A DNA stretch of 32,000 nt from Kineococcus radiotolerans SRS30216 = ATCC BAA-149 (GCF_000017305.1 NC_009664.2:1110001-1142000), one strand, 5' to 3'. Counted from the first letter of the stretch, positions 16,693 through 25,335 are shown. Notes: generated by a model not told the origin, from the sequence alone. Numbers and translations: made by a program.

Positions 16693-16774
16693 GGTGGGTC
16701 CTTCCCGTCGTGGTGCGGCACCGCGACGGCGGTGGCGATCCCTGCAGTCTGAACGACGCGGCGCGCGCGGTGGT

Positions 16775-16801
16775 TCACCCCACGGGGCCCTCGTGGGGTG
16801 A
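16775..16801 (-). terminator. Hairpin downstream of the 52-aa ORF
   Basis: Perfect 10-bp stem TCACCCCACG / CGTGGGGTGA with a 7-nt loop, 17 nt after the TGA at 16819-16821. Confidence 0.4.
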
Positions 16802-16818
16802 CGTGGGCCACAGCGGGC

Positions 16819-16977
16819 TCAGCGCTGCTGCGAGCGCGCCGCCTCCCGGGCCCGGCGCGCGCGGTCGCCGTGGTCGGCGCGGGCGACGGCGGAGATGCGG
16901 TGGCGGGGACTCGTGCGCCAATACACGACGGCGCACCCGACGACGACGGCGAGGACGACCAGGAGGACGAACTGCAT
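16819..16977 (-). CDS. Small (52 aa) single-pass membrane protein, not in the ORF track
   Basis: Hand translation: MQFVLLVVLAVVVGCAVVYWRTSPRHRISAVARADHGDRARRAREAARSQQR*. 50 of 52 codons end in G/C, matching the real genes here. It has a hydrophobic N-terminal helix and a basic tail. A TANNNT hexamer lies 6 nt upstream of the ATG. Confidence 0.5.
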   Translation of the reverse strand: MQFVLLVVLAVVVGCAVVYWRTSPRHRISAVARADHGDRARRAREAARSQQR

Positions 16978-16983
16978 CGGACC

Positions 16984-16989
16984 ACCGTA
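16984..16989 (-). promoter_or_regulatory. Candidate -10 hexamer TACGGT for the leaderless small ORF
   Basis: The minus strand reads TACGGT-ggtccg-ATG, a 6-nt spacer identical in geometry to the gltA and ispH cases. Confidence 0.35.
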
Positions 16990-17019
16990 GCCGCGCAGCG
17001 CCCGCGGTGCAGCCCCTCG

Positions 17020-17063
17020 GGCGGTGCCCGTCGCGCCCCCCGCGGGGCGGGACGGGCACCGCC
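17020..17063 (-). terminator. Strong hairpin directly downstream of the ABC ATPase gene
   Basis: GGCGGTGCCCGTC / GACGGGCACCGCC (13 bp) plus inner CGCCCC / GGGGCG (6 bp), separated by one G/G mismatch, with loop CCGC. It starts 8 nt after the stop at 17072-17074. Confidence 0.55.
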
Positions 17064-17071
17064 GGGGGCGG

Positions 17072-18838
17072 TCAGGCCCCGAGCTCGATGCTCCCGCCGG
17101 GGATGGCCTCCAGCAGGGCCCGGGTGTACTCCTGCGCCGGGTTCTCGAAGACCTCGTCGACGCTGGCGTGCTCGACGAGGCGGCCCTTCTGCATGACCAC
17201 GACGTCGTCGGCGATCTCGCGCACCACGGCGAGGTCGTGGGTGATGAAGAGGTACGTCAGCCCCAGCTCGGCCTGCAGGTCGTTGAGCAGGCGCAGGATC
17301 TGGCCCTGGACCAGCACGTCGAGGGCCGAGACGGCCTCGTCGCAGACGACGACCTCCGGCTGCAGCGCGAGCGCGCGGGCGATGGCCACGCGCTGGCGCT
17401 GGCCGCCGGACAGCTCGTTGGGGAAGCGGCGCAGGGAGCTCTGCGGCAGCGAGACCTTGTCCAGCAGGTCGCGCACCCGGGCCTCGCGGCTCTTCGCGTC
17501 GCCCACCGCGTGCACGCGCAGCGGTTCCTCGATCGAGCGGAAGATGCTCCAGCTGGGGTCCAGGGACCCGTAGGGGTTCTGGAAGATCGGCTGGACGCGG
17601 CGGCGGAAGGCGAAGGACTGCTCGCGGTTCAGCGTGGTGGTGTCCACGCCGTCGAAGAGCACCCGGCCCTTCGTGGCCGGCAGCAGGTTCAGCACCATCT
17701 GCGCGACCGTGGACTTGCCCGAGCCGGACTCCCCGACGACGGCCAGCGTCGTCCCGCGCTTGACGGAGAAGCTGACGTCGTCCACGGCGAGGAGCTTCTC
17801 CCCCCGCGGCCCCGCCCCCCGGATGACGAACTCCTTGGTGAGGTTCTGCACCTCGATGACCTCGGGGGTCACCACGTCGGGCACCGCGACCGGGGTCTCG
17901 GCGGCGACGATCTCGTGGGCCCGCAGCGCGTGGGCCTCGGCCTGCTCCACGACCTGCGCCCGGTGCTGGGACTGCATGCGGCGCGAGGCGAGCGAGGGCG
18001 CCGCGGACACCAGCCGCTGGGTGTAGGGGTGGCGGGGGGCCTTGAGGATCTGCAGCGCCGGCCCGGACTCCACGACCTGACCCTTGTACATCACCACGAG
18101 GTGCTCGGCGCGCTCCGCGGCCAGCCCGAGGTCGTGGGTGATGAGCAGCACGGCCGTGCCGAGCTCGTCGGTGAGGGACTCCAGGTGGTCCAGGATCCCC
18201 CGCTGGACGGTGACGTCCAGGGCCGAGGTGGGCTCGTCGGCGATGAGCAGGCGGGGCCGGGAGGCCAGGCCGATGCCGATGAGGGCGCGCTGGCGCATGC
18301 CGCCGGAGAACTCGTGCGGGTACTGCTTGTACCGGCGCGCGGCGTCGCCGAGACCGGCCTCGCCGAGGACCTCGATGGCCCGCCGCTTCGCCTCGGCGCC
18401 CTTGGCCAGCCCGTTGGCCTCGATGGCCTCCTTGACCTGGAACCCGATGTTCCACACCGGGTTGAGGTTGGACATCGGGTCCTGCGGCACCAGGCCGATG
18501 TGGTTGCCGCGCAGGGCGACGTAGTCGCGCTTGGAGGCGTGGGCGATGTCGCGGCCGTCGAAGAGGATCCGGCCGCCGGCCACCGTGCCCGTCCCGGGCA
18601 GCAGCCCGATGACGGCCATGGCCGAGGTCGACTTGCCCGAGCCGGACTCCCCCACGATGGCGACGGTCTGGCCGGGGTAGACGGTGAAGCTCGCCCCGCG
18701 CACGGCGTGCACCGTGCGGCCCCCGGAGCGGAAGTCGACCTGGAGGTCCTCGACCTGCAGCAGCGGCTTGTTGCGGTCCACCGGGGCCGCGGCGGGGCGG
18801 GCGGCGGGGCTCGGCGCGGCGCTCGTCGGGTGGCTCAT
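17072..18838 (-). CDS. ABC transporter ATP-binding protein, fused double ATPase (DppD/DppF-like)
   Basis: 588 aa with two Walker A sites (GESGSGKST twice), two signature motifs (FSGGMRQR, LSGGQRQR) and two Walker B sites (LLIADEPTSALD, VVVCDEAVSALD). Confidence 0.92.
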   Translation of the reverse strand: MSHPTSAAPSPAARPAAAPVDRNKPLLQVEDLQVDFRSGGRTVHAVRGASFTVYPGQTVAIVGESGSGKSTSAMAVIGLLPGTGTVAGGRILFDGRDIAHASKRDYVALRGNHIGLVPQDPMSNLNPVWNIGFQVKEAIEANGLAKGAEAKRRAIEVLGEAGLGDAARRYKQYPHEFSGGMRQRALIGIGLASRPRLLIADEPTSALDVTVQRGILDHLESLTDELGTAVLLITHDLGLAAERAEHLVVMYKGQVVESGPALQILKAPRHPYTQRLVSAAPSLASRRMQSQHRAQVVEQAEAHALRAHEIVAAETPVAVPDVVTPEVIEVQNLTKEFVIRGAGPRGEKLLAVDDVSFSVKRGTTLAVVGESGSGKSTVAQMVLNLLPATKGRVLFDGVDTTTLNREQSFAFRRRVQPIFQNPYGSLDPSWSIFRSIEEPLRVHAVGDAKSREARVRDLLDKVSLPQSSLRRFPNELSGGQRQRVAIARALALQPEVVVCDEAVSALDVLVQGQILRLLNDLQAELGLTYLFITHDLAVVREIADDVVVMQKGRLVEHASVDEVFENPAQEYTRALLEAIPGGSIELGA

Positions 18839-19815
18839 CGGGTGCGGCCCTTCGGGTCGAGGGCGTCGCGCAGGGCGTCACCGAGCATGAGGAAGGACAG
18901 GACGGTCAGCGAGAGCCCGATGGAGGGCCACAGCAGGATCCACGGGTCGGTGCGCAGCGCGCGCTGCGCGCTGGCGATGTCACCGCCCCAGGACACGATG
19001 CTCGGCGGCAGCCCCAGGCTCAGGTAGGACAGCGTCGCCTCGGCGGCGATGAACGTCCCGAGGGAGATGGTGGCCACGACGATGACCGGCCCGAGGGCGT
19101 TGGGGACGACGTGGCGCACGAGCGTCGCCATCCGGCTCAGGCCCAGGGACTTGGCCGCGGTGACGTACTCGGCGCTGCGCACCTGCAGGACGGCCCCGCG
19201 CATGATGCGCGCGATCTGCGGCCACCCGAAGAGGGCCAGGGTGACCGCGACGGTGAAGGCGTTGCGGCCCTTGAGGGTCTGCAGCAGGACGATGGCGCCG
19301 AGGATGAGCGGCAGGGCGAAGAAGATGTCGGCCACCCGGGACAGCACCGCGTCCAGCCAGCCGCCGAAGAAGCCCGCGAGGGCCCCGAAGACCCCGCCCA
19401 CGACGACGACCATCAGCGTGGCCAGGACGCCGACGGTCACCGACGCCCGCGCCCCGTAGATCAGCCGCGAGTACACGTCGGCGCCCAGCCGCGTGAAGCC
19501 GAGGGGGTGGCCCGGGGCCGGGCCCGTCAGCGCGGAGGCGAGGTCCTGGTAGCGGGGGTCGCGCGAGGTGAACCAGGACGGGAACAGCGACACCAGCACC
19601 AGGAGCAGGATGACGAGGCTGGCCACGATGAAGATCGGGCGCCTGCGCAGCTGCTTCCACGCCTCGGTGAAGACCCCGCCCGAGGGGGCGCTCTCGTCGA
19701 CGGCGTCGACGGCCGCGAGCGGCGTCTCCTCCAGCGGGGCGACGAAGTGCTCCTGGCCCGGGCGCACCGGGGTGCCCCCGGCGGCGGTGCCGATGGCGTG
19801 CTCGGACTCAGACAT
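18835..19815 (-). CDS. ABC peptide/nickel-type transporter permease (DppC/OppC-like)
   Basis: 326 aa, polytopic. It carries the EAA-like region YVTAAKSLGLSRMATLVRHVVPNALGPVIV. There is a 4-nt overlap with the ATPase start. Confidence 0.9.
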   Translation of the reverse strand: MSESEHAIGTAAGGTPVRPGQEHFVAPLEETPLAAVDAVDESAPSGGVFTEAWKQLRRRPIFIVASLVILLLVLVSLFPSWFTSRDPRYQDLASALTGPAPGHPLGFTRLGADVYSRLIYGARASVTVGVLATLMVVVVGGVFGALAGFFGGWLDAVLSRVADIFFALPLILGAIVLLQTLKGRNAFTVAVTLALFGWPQIARIMRGAVLQVRSAEYVTAAKSLGLSRMATLVRHVVPNALGPVIVVATISLGTFIAAEATLSYLSLGLPPSIVSWGGDIASAQRALRTDPWILLWPSIGLSLTVLSFLMLGDALRDALDPKGRTR

Positions 19816-20734
19816 AGCGGATCCTCGGGTCCAGGACGGCGTAGAGCAGGTCGACGACGAGGTTGGCCACCAGGTAGACCACGACCAGGATCGTCACGAC
19901 CGAGACGACGGTGGGGCCTTCCTGCCGCACCACGGACTGGAAGAGCAGGTTGCCGACCCCGGGGATGTTGAAGATGCCCTCGGTGACGACGGCGCCGCCC
20001 ATGAGCGCACCCAGGTCGGTGCCCAGGAAGGTGACGACGGGGATGAGGGAGTTGCGCAGCACGTGCACCGTCATGACCCGCGGGCGGGACAGGCCCTTGG
20101 CGGTCGCGGTGCGCACGTGGTCGGCGGAGAGCCCCTCGGCGACGGAGTTGCGCGTCAGGCGCAGCACGTAGGCGAAGGACAGCGCGCCCAGCACGATCCC
20201 GGGCAGGACCAGGTCGAGGACGCCCGGGTCGCCGCCGACGGTGGGCCGCACGATGCCCCACTTGACCCCGACGGTGTACTGGGCGACGAAGCCCAGGACG
20301 AAGACCGGGATGCCGATGACGACGAGGCTGATGAACAGCACCGTGGAGTCGAAGATCCCGCCGCGGCGCAGCCCGGCGATGAAGCCGAAGAGGATCCCGA
20401 GGACGGCCTCGATGACCAGCGCCACCACGGCCAGCTTGATGGTGGTGGGGAAGGCCCGCAGGATCTGGTCGACGACCGGTTGCCCGCTGAAGGACGTGCC
20501 GAAGTCGAGGGTGACGATGCCCTTGAGGAAGAGCAGGTACTGCACGAGGAACGGCTTGTCGAGGTTGTACTGCGCCGTCAGCGTGGCCCGCGCGGAGTCG
20601 CTGACGGGCTTGTCCCCGAACAGCGCCAGGATCGGGTCGCCGGGCAGGGCGAACACGAGCGCGTAGATCAGGAGCGTCGCTCCGAAGAAGACGGGCACCA
20701 TCTGCAACAGACGGCGCCCGATGTACCAACCCAT
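19808..20734 (-). CDS. ABC peptide/nickel-type transporter permease (DppB/OppB-like)
   Basis: MGWYIGRRLLQMVPVFFGATLLIYALVFALPGDPI is a typical N-terminus, and VRTATAKGLSRPRVMTVHVLRNSLIPVVT is present. The ATG at 20734 is preceded by GAGGAGG at 6 nt. There is an 8-nt overlap with the next permease. Confidence 0.9.
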   Translation of the reverse strand: MGWYIGRRLLQMVPVFFGATLLIYALVFALPGDPILALFGDKPVSDSARATLTAQYNLDKPFLVQYLLFLKGIVTLDFGTSFSGQPVVDQILRAFPTTIKLAVVALVIEAVLGILFGFIAGLRRGGIFDSTVLFISLVVIGIPVFVLGFVAQYTVGVKWGIVRPTVGGDPGVLDLVLPGIVLGALSFAYVLRLTRNSVAEGLSADHVRTATAKGLSRPRVMTVHVLRNSLIPVVTFLGTDLGALMGGAVVTEGIFNIPGVGNLLFQSVVRQEGPTVVSVVTILVVVYLVANLVVDLLYAVLDPRIRYV

Positions 20735-20831
20735 CACGAGCCTCCTCGCCGGCAGCGGCCTTCCCTGGCCGGCCCGGCCTTCCGATCGGTTCCGGCGGTC
20801 AGTGTGCTCCCGGCCGGCTGTCCACGCGCGA

Positions 20832-20869
20832 ACCGGGGGTGGGTCGGACCTCTCCGACCCACCCCCGGT
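20832..20869 (-). terminator. Intercistronic 17-bp hairpin between the SBP and permease genes (partial terminator / mRNA stabiliser)
   Basis: Perfect stem ACCGGGGGTGGGTCGGA / TCCGACCCACCCCCGGT with loop CCTC, starting 9 nt after the SBP stop (20878-20880). Confidence 0.55.
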
Positions 20870-20877
20870 CCCTCACG

Positions 20878-22596
20878 TCAGGACTTGGTGATCTGGTAGT
20901 ACAGCGGGACGCTGTTCCACCCGAACTGCACGTTCTTCGCCGCCTCGGTGAAGCCGCCGCTGGCGTTGGAGTACCACAGCGGGATGACGGGCAGGTCGCT
21001 GAACAGGATGGTCTGCGCCTGCTGCAGCGTCTTGTTCGCCTCGTCCTGGTCGGTGGTGCCGGCCGCCTTCTCCAGCAGCGCGTCGAACTCGGGGTTGGTG
21101 TAGTCGCCGTCGTTCGAGCCCGCGCCCGTCGCGTAGATCGGGGCGAGGAAGTTGTACAGGCCGGGGTAGTCGGCCTGCCAGCCGGTGCGGAAGGCGCCGG
21201 TGATGCTGCGGTTGGTGATCTCGGTGCGGATCTGCGCGAACGTCGGGTACGGCTTGCCCTCGGCCTGGATCCCCAGGTTCTGGCGGATGTAGCCGGTCAC
21301 CGCGTCGACCCACGCCTGGTGGTCGCCGTCGACGTTGTAGGCGATGGTGAAGGTGCTGCCGTTCCAGGGGGCGATGGCGTTGGCCTGCTCCCACAGCTCC
21401 TTGGCCCGGGCCGCGTCGAAGTCCAGGACCTCGTTGCCCTCGACCGTCTCGGAGTAGCCCGCGATGACCGGGGAGGAGAAGTCCTTGGCCGGGGTGCGGG
21501 TCTCGTTGAAGACGGTGGTGCAGATCTGCGCGCGGTCGAAGGCGTGGGACAGCGCCTGGCGACGCAGCTTGCCCTCCTCGCCGCCGAAGCCGGGCAGCGA
21601 CTCCGGGATGCAGAAGGACTGGAAGATCGCCGCGGGCTGGTTGACCGCGCCCTCGCCCAGGTCGTCCTGGAAGGTGGCCAGCGCCGAGCTGGGGATGTTG
21701 TCCAGCACGTCGAGGTTGCCCGACTGCAGGTCGGAGTAGGCCGCGTCGTAGGTCTCGTAGAAGACGAAGGCCAGGGAGTCGTTCTGCGCCTTGCGCGGAC
21801 CGTCGTAGGCCTCGTTGACGACGAGGTCGATCCGCACGTTGTGCTGCCAGGCGCCTTCCTGGGCCAGCTTGTACGGGCCGTTGCCGATCGGGTTCTCGCC
21901 GTAGGCCTCGATGTCGGCGTAGGCGGTCTCGGGCAGCGGGTAGAAGGCGGAGTAGCCCAGGCGGAGCGGGAAGTCCGACTCCGGCTGCAGGAGGGCGACG
22001 GTGAAGGTGGTGTCGTCGACGACCTTCAGGCCGGACATGGTCTGCGCGGTCGGCGGCTCGGCCTGCACCTCGGGGAAGCCCTGGATGGGCTCGAAGAAGT
22101 AGCTGGAGAGCTGGGCGTTGGTGCCCAGGGCGCCGTAGTTCCACGCGTCCACGAAGGACTTCGCGGTGACCGGGGAGCCGTCCGAGAACGTCTGACCGGA
22201 CTTGATCTTGATGGTGTAGTTCTGCGCGTCGGTCGTCTCGATGGAGTCCGCGATGTCGTTCTCGGGGGTGCCGTCGGCCTTGTAGTAGACGAGACCGGCC
22301 CACAGCGAGTCGAGCAGGCGACCGCCGCCGACCTCGTTGGTGTTGGTGGGGACGAGCTTGTTCTGCGGCTCGGTGCCGTTGACGACGATGTCGCCGCCGG
22401 TGCCGCCGCCGCTGCTGGCGCCCTCGCCGGAGCCGCCCTCCTCGTCGCTGCCGCCGCAGGCCGCCAGCGTCGTCAGGGCCGCCGCGCCGATGATGCCCTT
22501 CAGGCCGTCGCGGCGGGTCAGGACCGGTCCGCGGGAGACGATCCCCACGCGCCGGGTGGCGGGCTTCAGGTCGTCGTCCTTCTCGAAGCTGCTCAA
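20878..22596 (-). CDS. ABC transporter substrate-binding lipoprotein, family 5 (peptide/nickel)
   Basis: Contains the Tat-like/lipobox signal TRRDGLKGIIGAAALTTLAACGG and a long SBP_bac_5-type body (…GPYKLAQEGAWQHNVRIDLVVNEAYDGP…). I chose the TTG start at 22596 for its strong SD GAGGAGGAG 7 nt upstream. ATG 22635 and GTG 22695 are alternatives. Confidence 0.85.
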   Translation of the reverse strand: MSSFEKDDDLKPATRRVGIVSRGPVLTRRDGLKGIIGAAALTTLAACGGSDEEGGSGEGASSGGGTGGDIVVNGTEPQNKLVPTNTNEVGGGRLLDSLWAGLVYYKADGTPENDIADSIETTDAQNYTIKIKSGQTFSDGSPVTAKSFVDAWNYGALGTNAQLSSYFFEPIQGFPEVQAEPPTAQTMSGLKVVDDTTFTVALLQPESDFPLRLGYSAFYPLPETAYADIEAYGENPIGNGPYKLAQEGAWQHNVRIDLVVNEAYDGPRKAQNDSLAFVFYETYDAAYSDLQSGNLDVLDNIPSSALATFQDDLGEGAVNQPAAIFQSFCIPESLPGFGGEEGKLRRQALSHAFDRAQICTTVFNETRTPAKDFSSPVIAGYSETVEGNEVLDFDAARAKELWEQANAIAPWNGSTFTIAYNVDGDHQAWVDAVTGYIRQNLGIQAEGKPYPTFAQIRTEITNRSITGAFRTGWQADYPGLYNFLAPIYATGAGSNDGDYTNPEFDALLEKAAGTTDQDEANKTLQQAQTILFSDLPVIPLWYSNASGGFTEAAKNVQFGWNSVPLYYQITKS

Positions 22597-22693
22597 GGTG
22601 GAACTCCTCCTCGGGGGGCGTGACACGTTGGGCATGTTGCCCAACCTCGGCGACTCCTGCCGCGCAGGATGTCCACCTGAAAGGTCGGAAAGC

Positions 22694-22699
22694 ACGTTA
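22694..22699 (-). promoter_or_regulatory. Candidate extended -10 (TGT-TAACGT) for the ABC operon
   Basis: The minus strand reads GGCTTGACCGGGTGTTAACGTGC. TAACGT fits TANNNT and has TGn immediately upstream. It lies in the most AT-rich patch of the region. The nearby TTGACC (22706-22711) is too close to serve as its -35. Confidence 0.25.
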
Positions 22700-22987
22700 A
22701 CACCCGGTCAAGCCGTTTTCGGACGCGCTCCGACACGAGGACCTCGCCGTCCGGGGCACCGGGTCCCCATTGTCCCCCCGCCTAGGCCCCACCGCGCACC
22801 GCGGGGGGTGCCTCCCGCCGGCCGCGCCGGGAAGAACCGCAGGTCAGGGGCCTGGGAGGGGCGATCGGGACGGCACGTAACGATGTCGTTGCGGTCCGGT
22901 CGCCGGGCGGCGGCGGCCCGGGGGACGGTGGGATCCCCGTCGACCCCACCGCCCCCGCACCGTCGCACACCCGGTCCCGCGGGGCCA

Positions 22988-23008
22988 GGCCCGGAGGCCT
23001 CCCGGGCC
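22988..23008 (-). terminator. Weak terminator candidate downstream of ychF
   Basis: GGCCCGG / CCGGGCC forms a 7-bp stem around loop AGGCCTC, about 60 nt after the ychF stop. Confidence 0.3.
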
Positions 23009-23068
23009 GGATCGTCGCTGAATCGTTTCCGGGACGTGTCGTGATTGTTCCGGCCGTGTTTCGGGGCC

Positions 23069-24154
23069 TCAGACGTTGAAGCGGAACTCCACCACGTCGC
23101 CGTCGGCCATGACGTAGTCCTTGCCCTCGATGCGGACCTTCCCCGCCGCCTTCGCCTCGGCCATCGACCCGGCCGCGGTGAGGTCCTCGAAGGACACCAC
23201 CTCGGCCTTGATGAAGCCGCGCTGGAAGTCGGTGTGGATGACCCCCGCGGCCTGGGGGGCGGTGGCACCCCGCGGGATCGTCCACGCCCGCGACTCCTTG
23301 GGCCCGGCGGTCAGGTAGGTCTGCAGCCCGAGGGTCGCGAAGCCGACGCGGGCGAGCTGGTCCAGCCCGGACTCCGACTGACCGACGGACTCCAGCAGCT
23401 CCGCGGCCTCCTCGGCCGACAGCTCCGCGAGCTCGGACTCCAGCTTCGCGTCGAGGAAGACCGCCTCGGCCGGGGCCACCAGGTCGCGCAGCTCCTGCAT
23501 CCGGGCCGCGTCACCCAGGACGGTCTCGTCGACGTTGAAGACGTAGAGGAAGGGCTTGGTCGTCAGCAGGCCGAGCTCCTTGAGCAGCGCCACGTCGACG
23601 TCGTCCTTCGCCGTCGCCGCGTACAGCGTGCGGCCGGAGTCGAGGACGGCCTGGGCGGCCTGGGCGGCCCGCAGCACGGCGGGGTCGGCCTTCTTGCCCT
23701 TGACCTCCTTCTCCAGCCGCGGGATCGCGCGCTCGAGGGTCTGCATGTCGGCGAGCACGAGCTCGGTGTGCACGGTCTCGATGTCGTCGGCCGGGTCGAC
23801 GGCGCCGGCCACGTGGACGACGTCGGGGTCGGCGAAGGCCCGGGTCACCTGGCAGATCGCGTCGGCCTCCCGGATGTTGGCGAGGAACTTGTTCCCCAGC
23901 CCCTCCCCCTCGCTGGCGCCCTTGACGATGCCCGCGATGTCGACGAACGACACCATCGCGGGGACGGTCTTCTCGCTGGAGAAGACCCTCGCGAGCTCGT
24001 CCAGGCGGGGATCGGGGAGGGCCACGACGCCGACGTTGGGCTCGATGGTGGCGAACGGGTAGTTCGCCGCGAGCGCGTCGTTCTTCGTGAGCGCGTTGAA
24101 GAGCGTGGACTTGCCGACGTTGGGCAGGCCGACGATGCCGATGGTGAGTGCCAC
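23069..24154 (-). CDS. ychF: Redox-regulated ATPase YchF (Obg-family)
   Basis: (M)ALTIGIVGLPNVGKSTLFNALT…, DIAGIVKGASEGEGLGNKFL, and the C-terminal TGS-like end IEGKDYVMADGDVVEFRFNV. Confidence 0.93.
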   Translation of the reverse strand: MALTIGIVGLPNVGKSTLFNALTKNDALAANYPFATIEPNVGVVALPDPRLDELARVFSSEKTVPAMVSFVDIAGIVKGASEGEGLGNKFLANIREADAICQVTRAFADPDVVHVAGAVDPADDIETVHTELVLADMQTLERAIPRLEKEVKGKKADPAVLRAAQAAQAVLDSGRTLYAATAKDDVDVALLKELGLLTTKPFLYVFNVDETVLGDAARMQELRDLVAPAEAVFLDAKLESELAELSAEEAAELLESVGQSESGLDQLARVGFATLGLQTYLTAGPKESRAWTIPRGATAPQAAGVIHTDFQRGFIKAEVVSFEDLTAAGSMAEAKAAGKVRIEGKDYVMADGDVVEFRFNV

Positions 24155-24174
24155 GGGTACGGGAGCTTACGCTG

Positions 24175-24218
24175 CCCGGCCCCGCCCGCGCGGACCGTCG
24201 CCGCACGGCGGGGCCGGG
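24175..24218 (-). terminator. Hairpin between ispH and ychF
   Basis: CCCGGCCCCGCC / GGCGGGGCCGGG forms a 12-bp perfect stem with a 20-nt loop, beginning 20 nt after the ispH stop. Confidence 0.3.
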
Positions 24219-24237
24219 ACCCGGGGCCCCGCCCCGC

Positions 24238-25323
24238 TCAGACCGGGGTGACGGGCAGCGAGCGCCGCGGCCCCGGGCCGGCCTTGAGGTCGCGGCGCAG
24301 GTCGGTGGGCAGCGAGAAGACGAGGTCCTCCTGCGCGGTCGTGACCTCCTCGACCTGCCCGTAGCCGCGGGCGGCGAGCAGCTCCAGCACCTCGCGCACG
24401 AGGATCTCGGGCACCGAGGCGCCGGAGGTCACCCCCACGGTCGTGACGCCCTCGAACCAGGCGTCGTCGACCTCGTGGGCCCCGTCGACGCGGTGGGAGG
24501 CGCGGGCCCCGGCGTCGAGGGCGACCTCGACCAGGCGCACGGAGTTCGAGGAGTTCGCCGAGCCGACGACGATGACCAGGTCGGCCTCGGGGGCGATCTT
24601 CTTCACCGCCACCTGCCGGTTGGAGGTGGCGTAGCAGATGTCGTCGCTCGGCGGGTCCTGCAGGTTCGGGAAGCGCTGCCGCAGGCGGCGGACGGTCTCC
24701 ATCGTCTCGTCCACCGACAGCGTCGTCTGCGAGAGCCAGACGAGGTTGTCGGGGTCCTTGACCTGGATCGTGTCGGCGACCTCGGGGCTGTCCACGACGG
24801 TGATGTGGTCCGGCGCCTCGCCCGCGGTGCCCTCGACCTCCTCGTGGCCGGTGTGGCCGATGAGCAGGATCTCGGCGTCCTGCTTGGCGAAGCGGACGGC
24901 CTCCTTGTGCACCTTCGTCACCAGCGGGCAGGTCGCGTCGATGGTCTGCAGCGAGCGCGCCGCCGCGGCCTCGCGCACCGCGGGGCTGACCCCGTGCGCG
25001 GAGAACACCAGGTGCTCGCCCTCGGGGACGGCGTCGGTCTCGTCGACGAAGACGGCCCCGCGCTCGGACAGCGTCCGCACGACGTGCTTGTTGTGCACGA
25101 TCTCCTTGCGGACGTAGACCGGCGCCCCGTACAGCTCCAGCGCCTTCTCGACGGCGATCACGGCCCGGTCCACCCCGGCGCAGTAGCCGCGGGGGGCGGC
25201 GAGCAGGACGCGCTTGCGGCCGTCCCACGCCGGGCGCCGGCCGCTCGCGGCCAGCGTCGAGGTGTCGTTGCAGTCGTCGGCGGGGGCCACGGGGTCCGCG
25301 GTGTCGAGCGGGGCAGGCGTCAC
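24238..25323 (-). CDS. ispH: 4-hydroxy-3-methylbut-2-enyl diphosphate reductase
   Basis: [20 protein letters not shown]…FSAHGVSP…[11 protein letters not shown]…[13 protein letters not shown]…ICYATSNRQ…[10 protein letters not shown], including the three conserved Cys. I chose the GTG start at 25323 from the -10 geometry; the track start at 25500 adds 59 junk residues. Confidence 0.92.
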   Translation of the reverse strand: MTPAPLDTADPVAPADDCNDTSTLAASGRRPAWDGRKRVLLAAPRGYCAGVDRAVIAVEKALELYGAPVYVRKEIVHNKHVVRTLSERGAVFVDETDAVPEGEHLVFSAHGVSPAVREAAAARSLQTIDATCPLVTKVHKEAVRFAKQDAEILLIGHTGHEEVEGTAGEAPDHITVVDSPEVADTIQVKDPDNLVWLSQTTLSVDETMETVRRLRQRFPNLQDPPSDDICYATSNRQVAVKKIAPEADLVIVVGSANSSNSVRLVEVALDAGARASHRVDGAHEVDDAWFEGVTTVGVTSGASVPEILVREVLELLAARGYGQVEEVTTAQEDLVFSLPTDLRRDLKAGPGPRRSLPVTPV

Positions 25324-25329
25324 CGCTCC

Positions 25330-25335
25330 ATGGTA
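25330..25335 (-). promoter_or_regulatory. Candidate -10 hexamer TACCAT for leaderless ispH
   Basis: The minus strand reads TACCAT-ggagcg-GTG, a 6-nt spacer. Confidence 0.4.

Noticed and set aside
16503-18881. 792-aa minus-strand ORF
   Set aside because: It is an alternative frame of the ABC ATPase gene. The 17072-18838 frame carries duplicated Walker A, signature and Walker B motifs, and this frame carries none.
22706-22711. TTGACC as the -35 element of the ABC operon promoter
   Set aside because: No TANNNT hexamer lies 16-19 nt downstream. The only good -10-like hexamer (TAACGT) is just 6 nt away, so the two cannot belong to one sigma-70-type promoter.
22879-22890. Palindrome AACGA-TG-TCGTT as a candidate operator
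   Set aside because: It has only 5-bp arms and a single occurrence, lies far (about 180 nt or more) upstream of the candidate -10, and has no regulator gene nearby. The evidence is insufficient.
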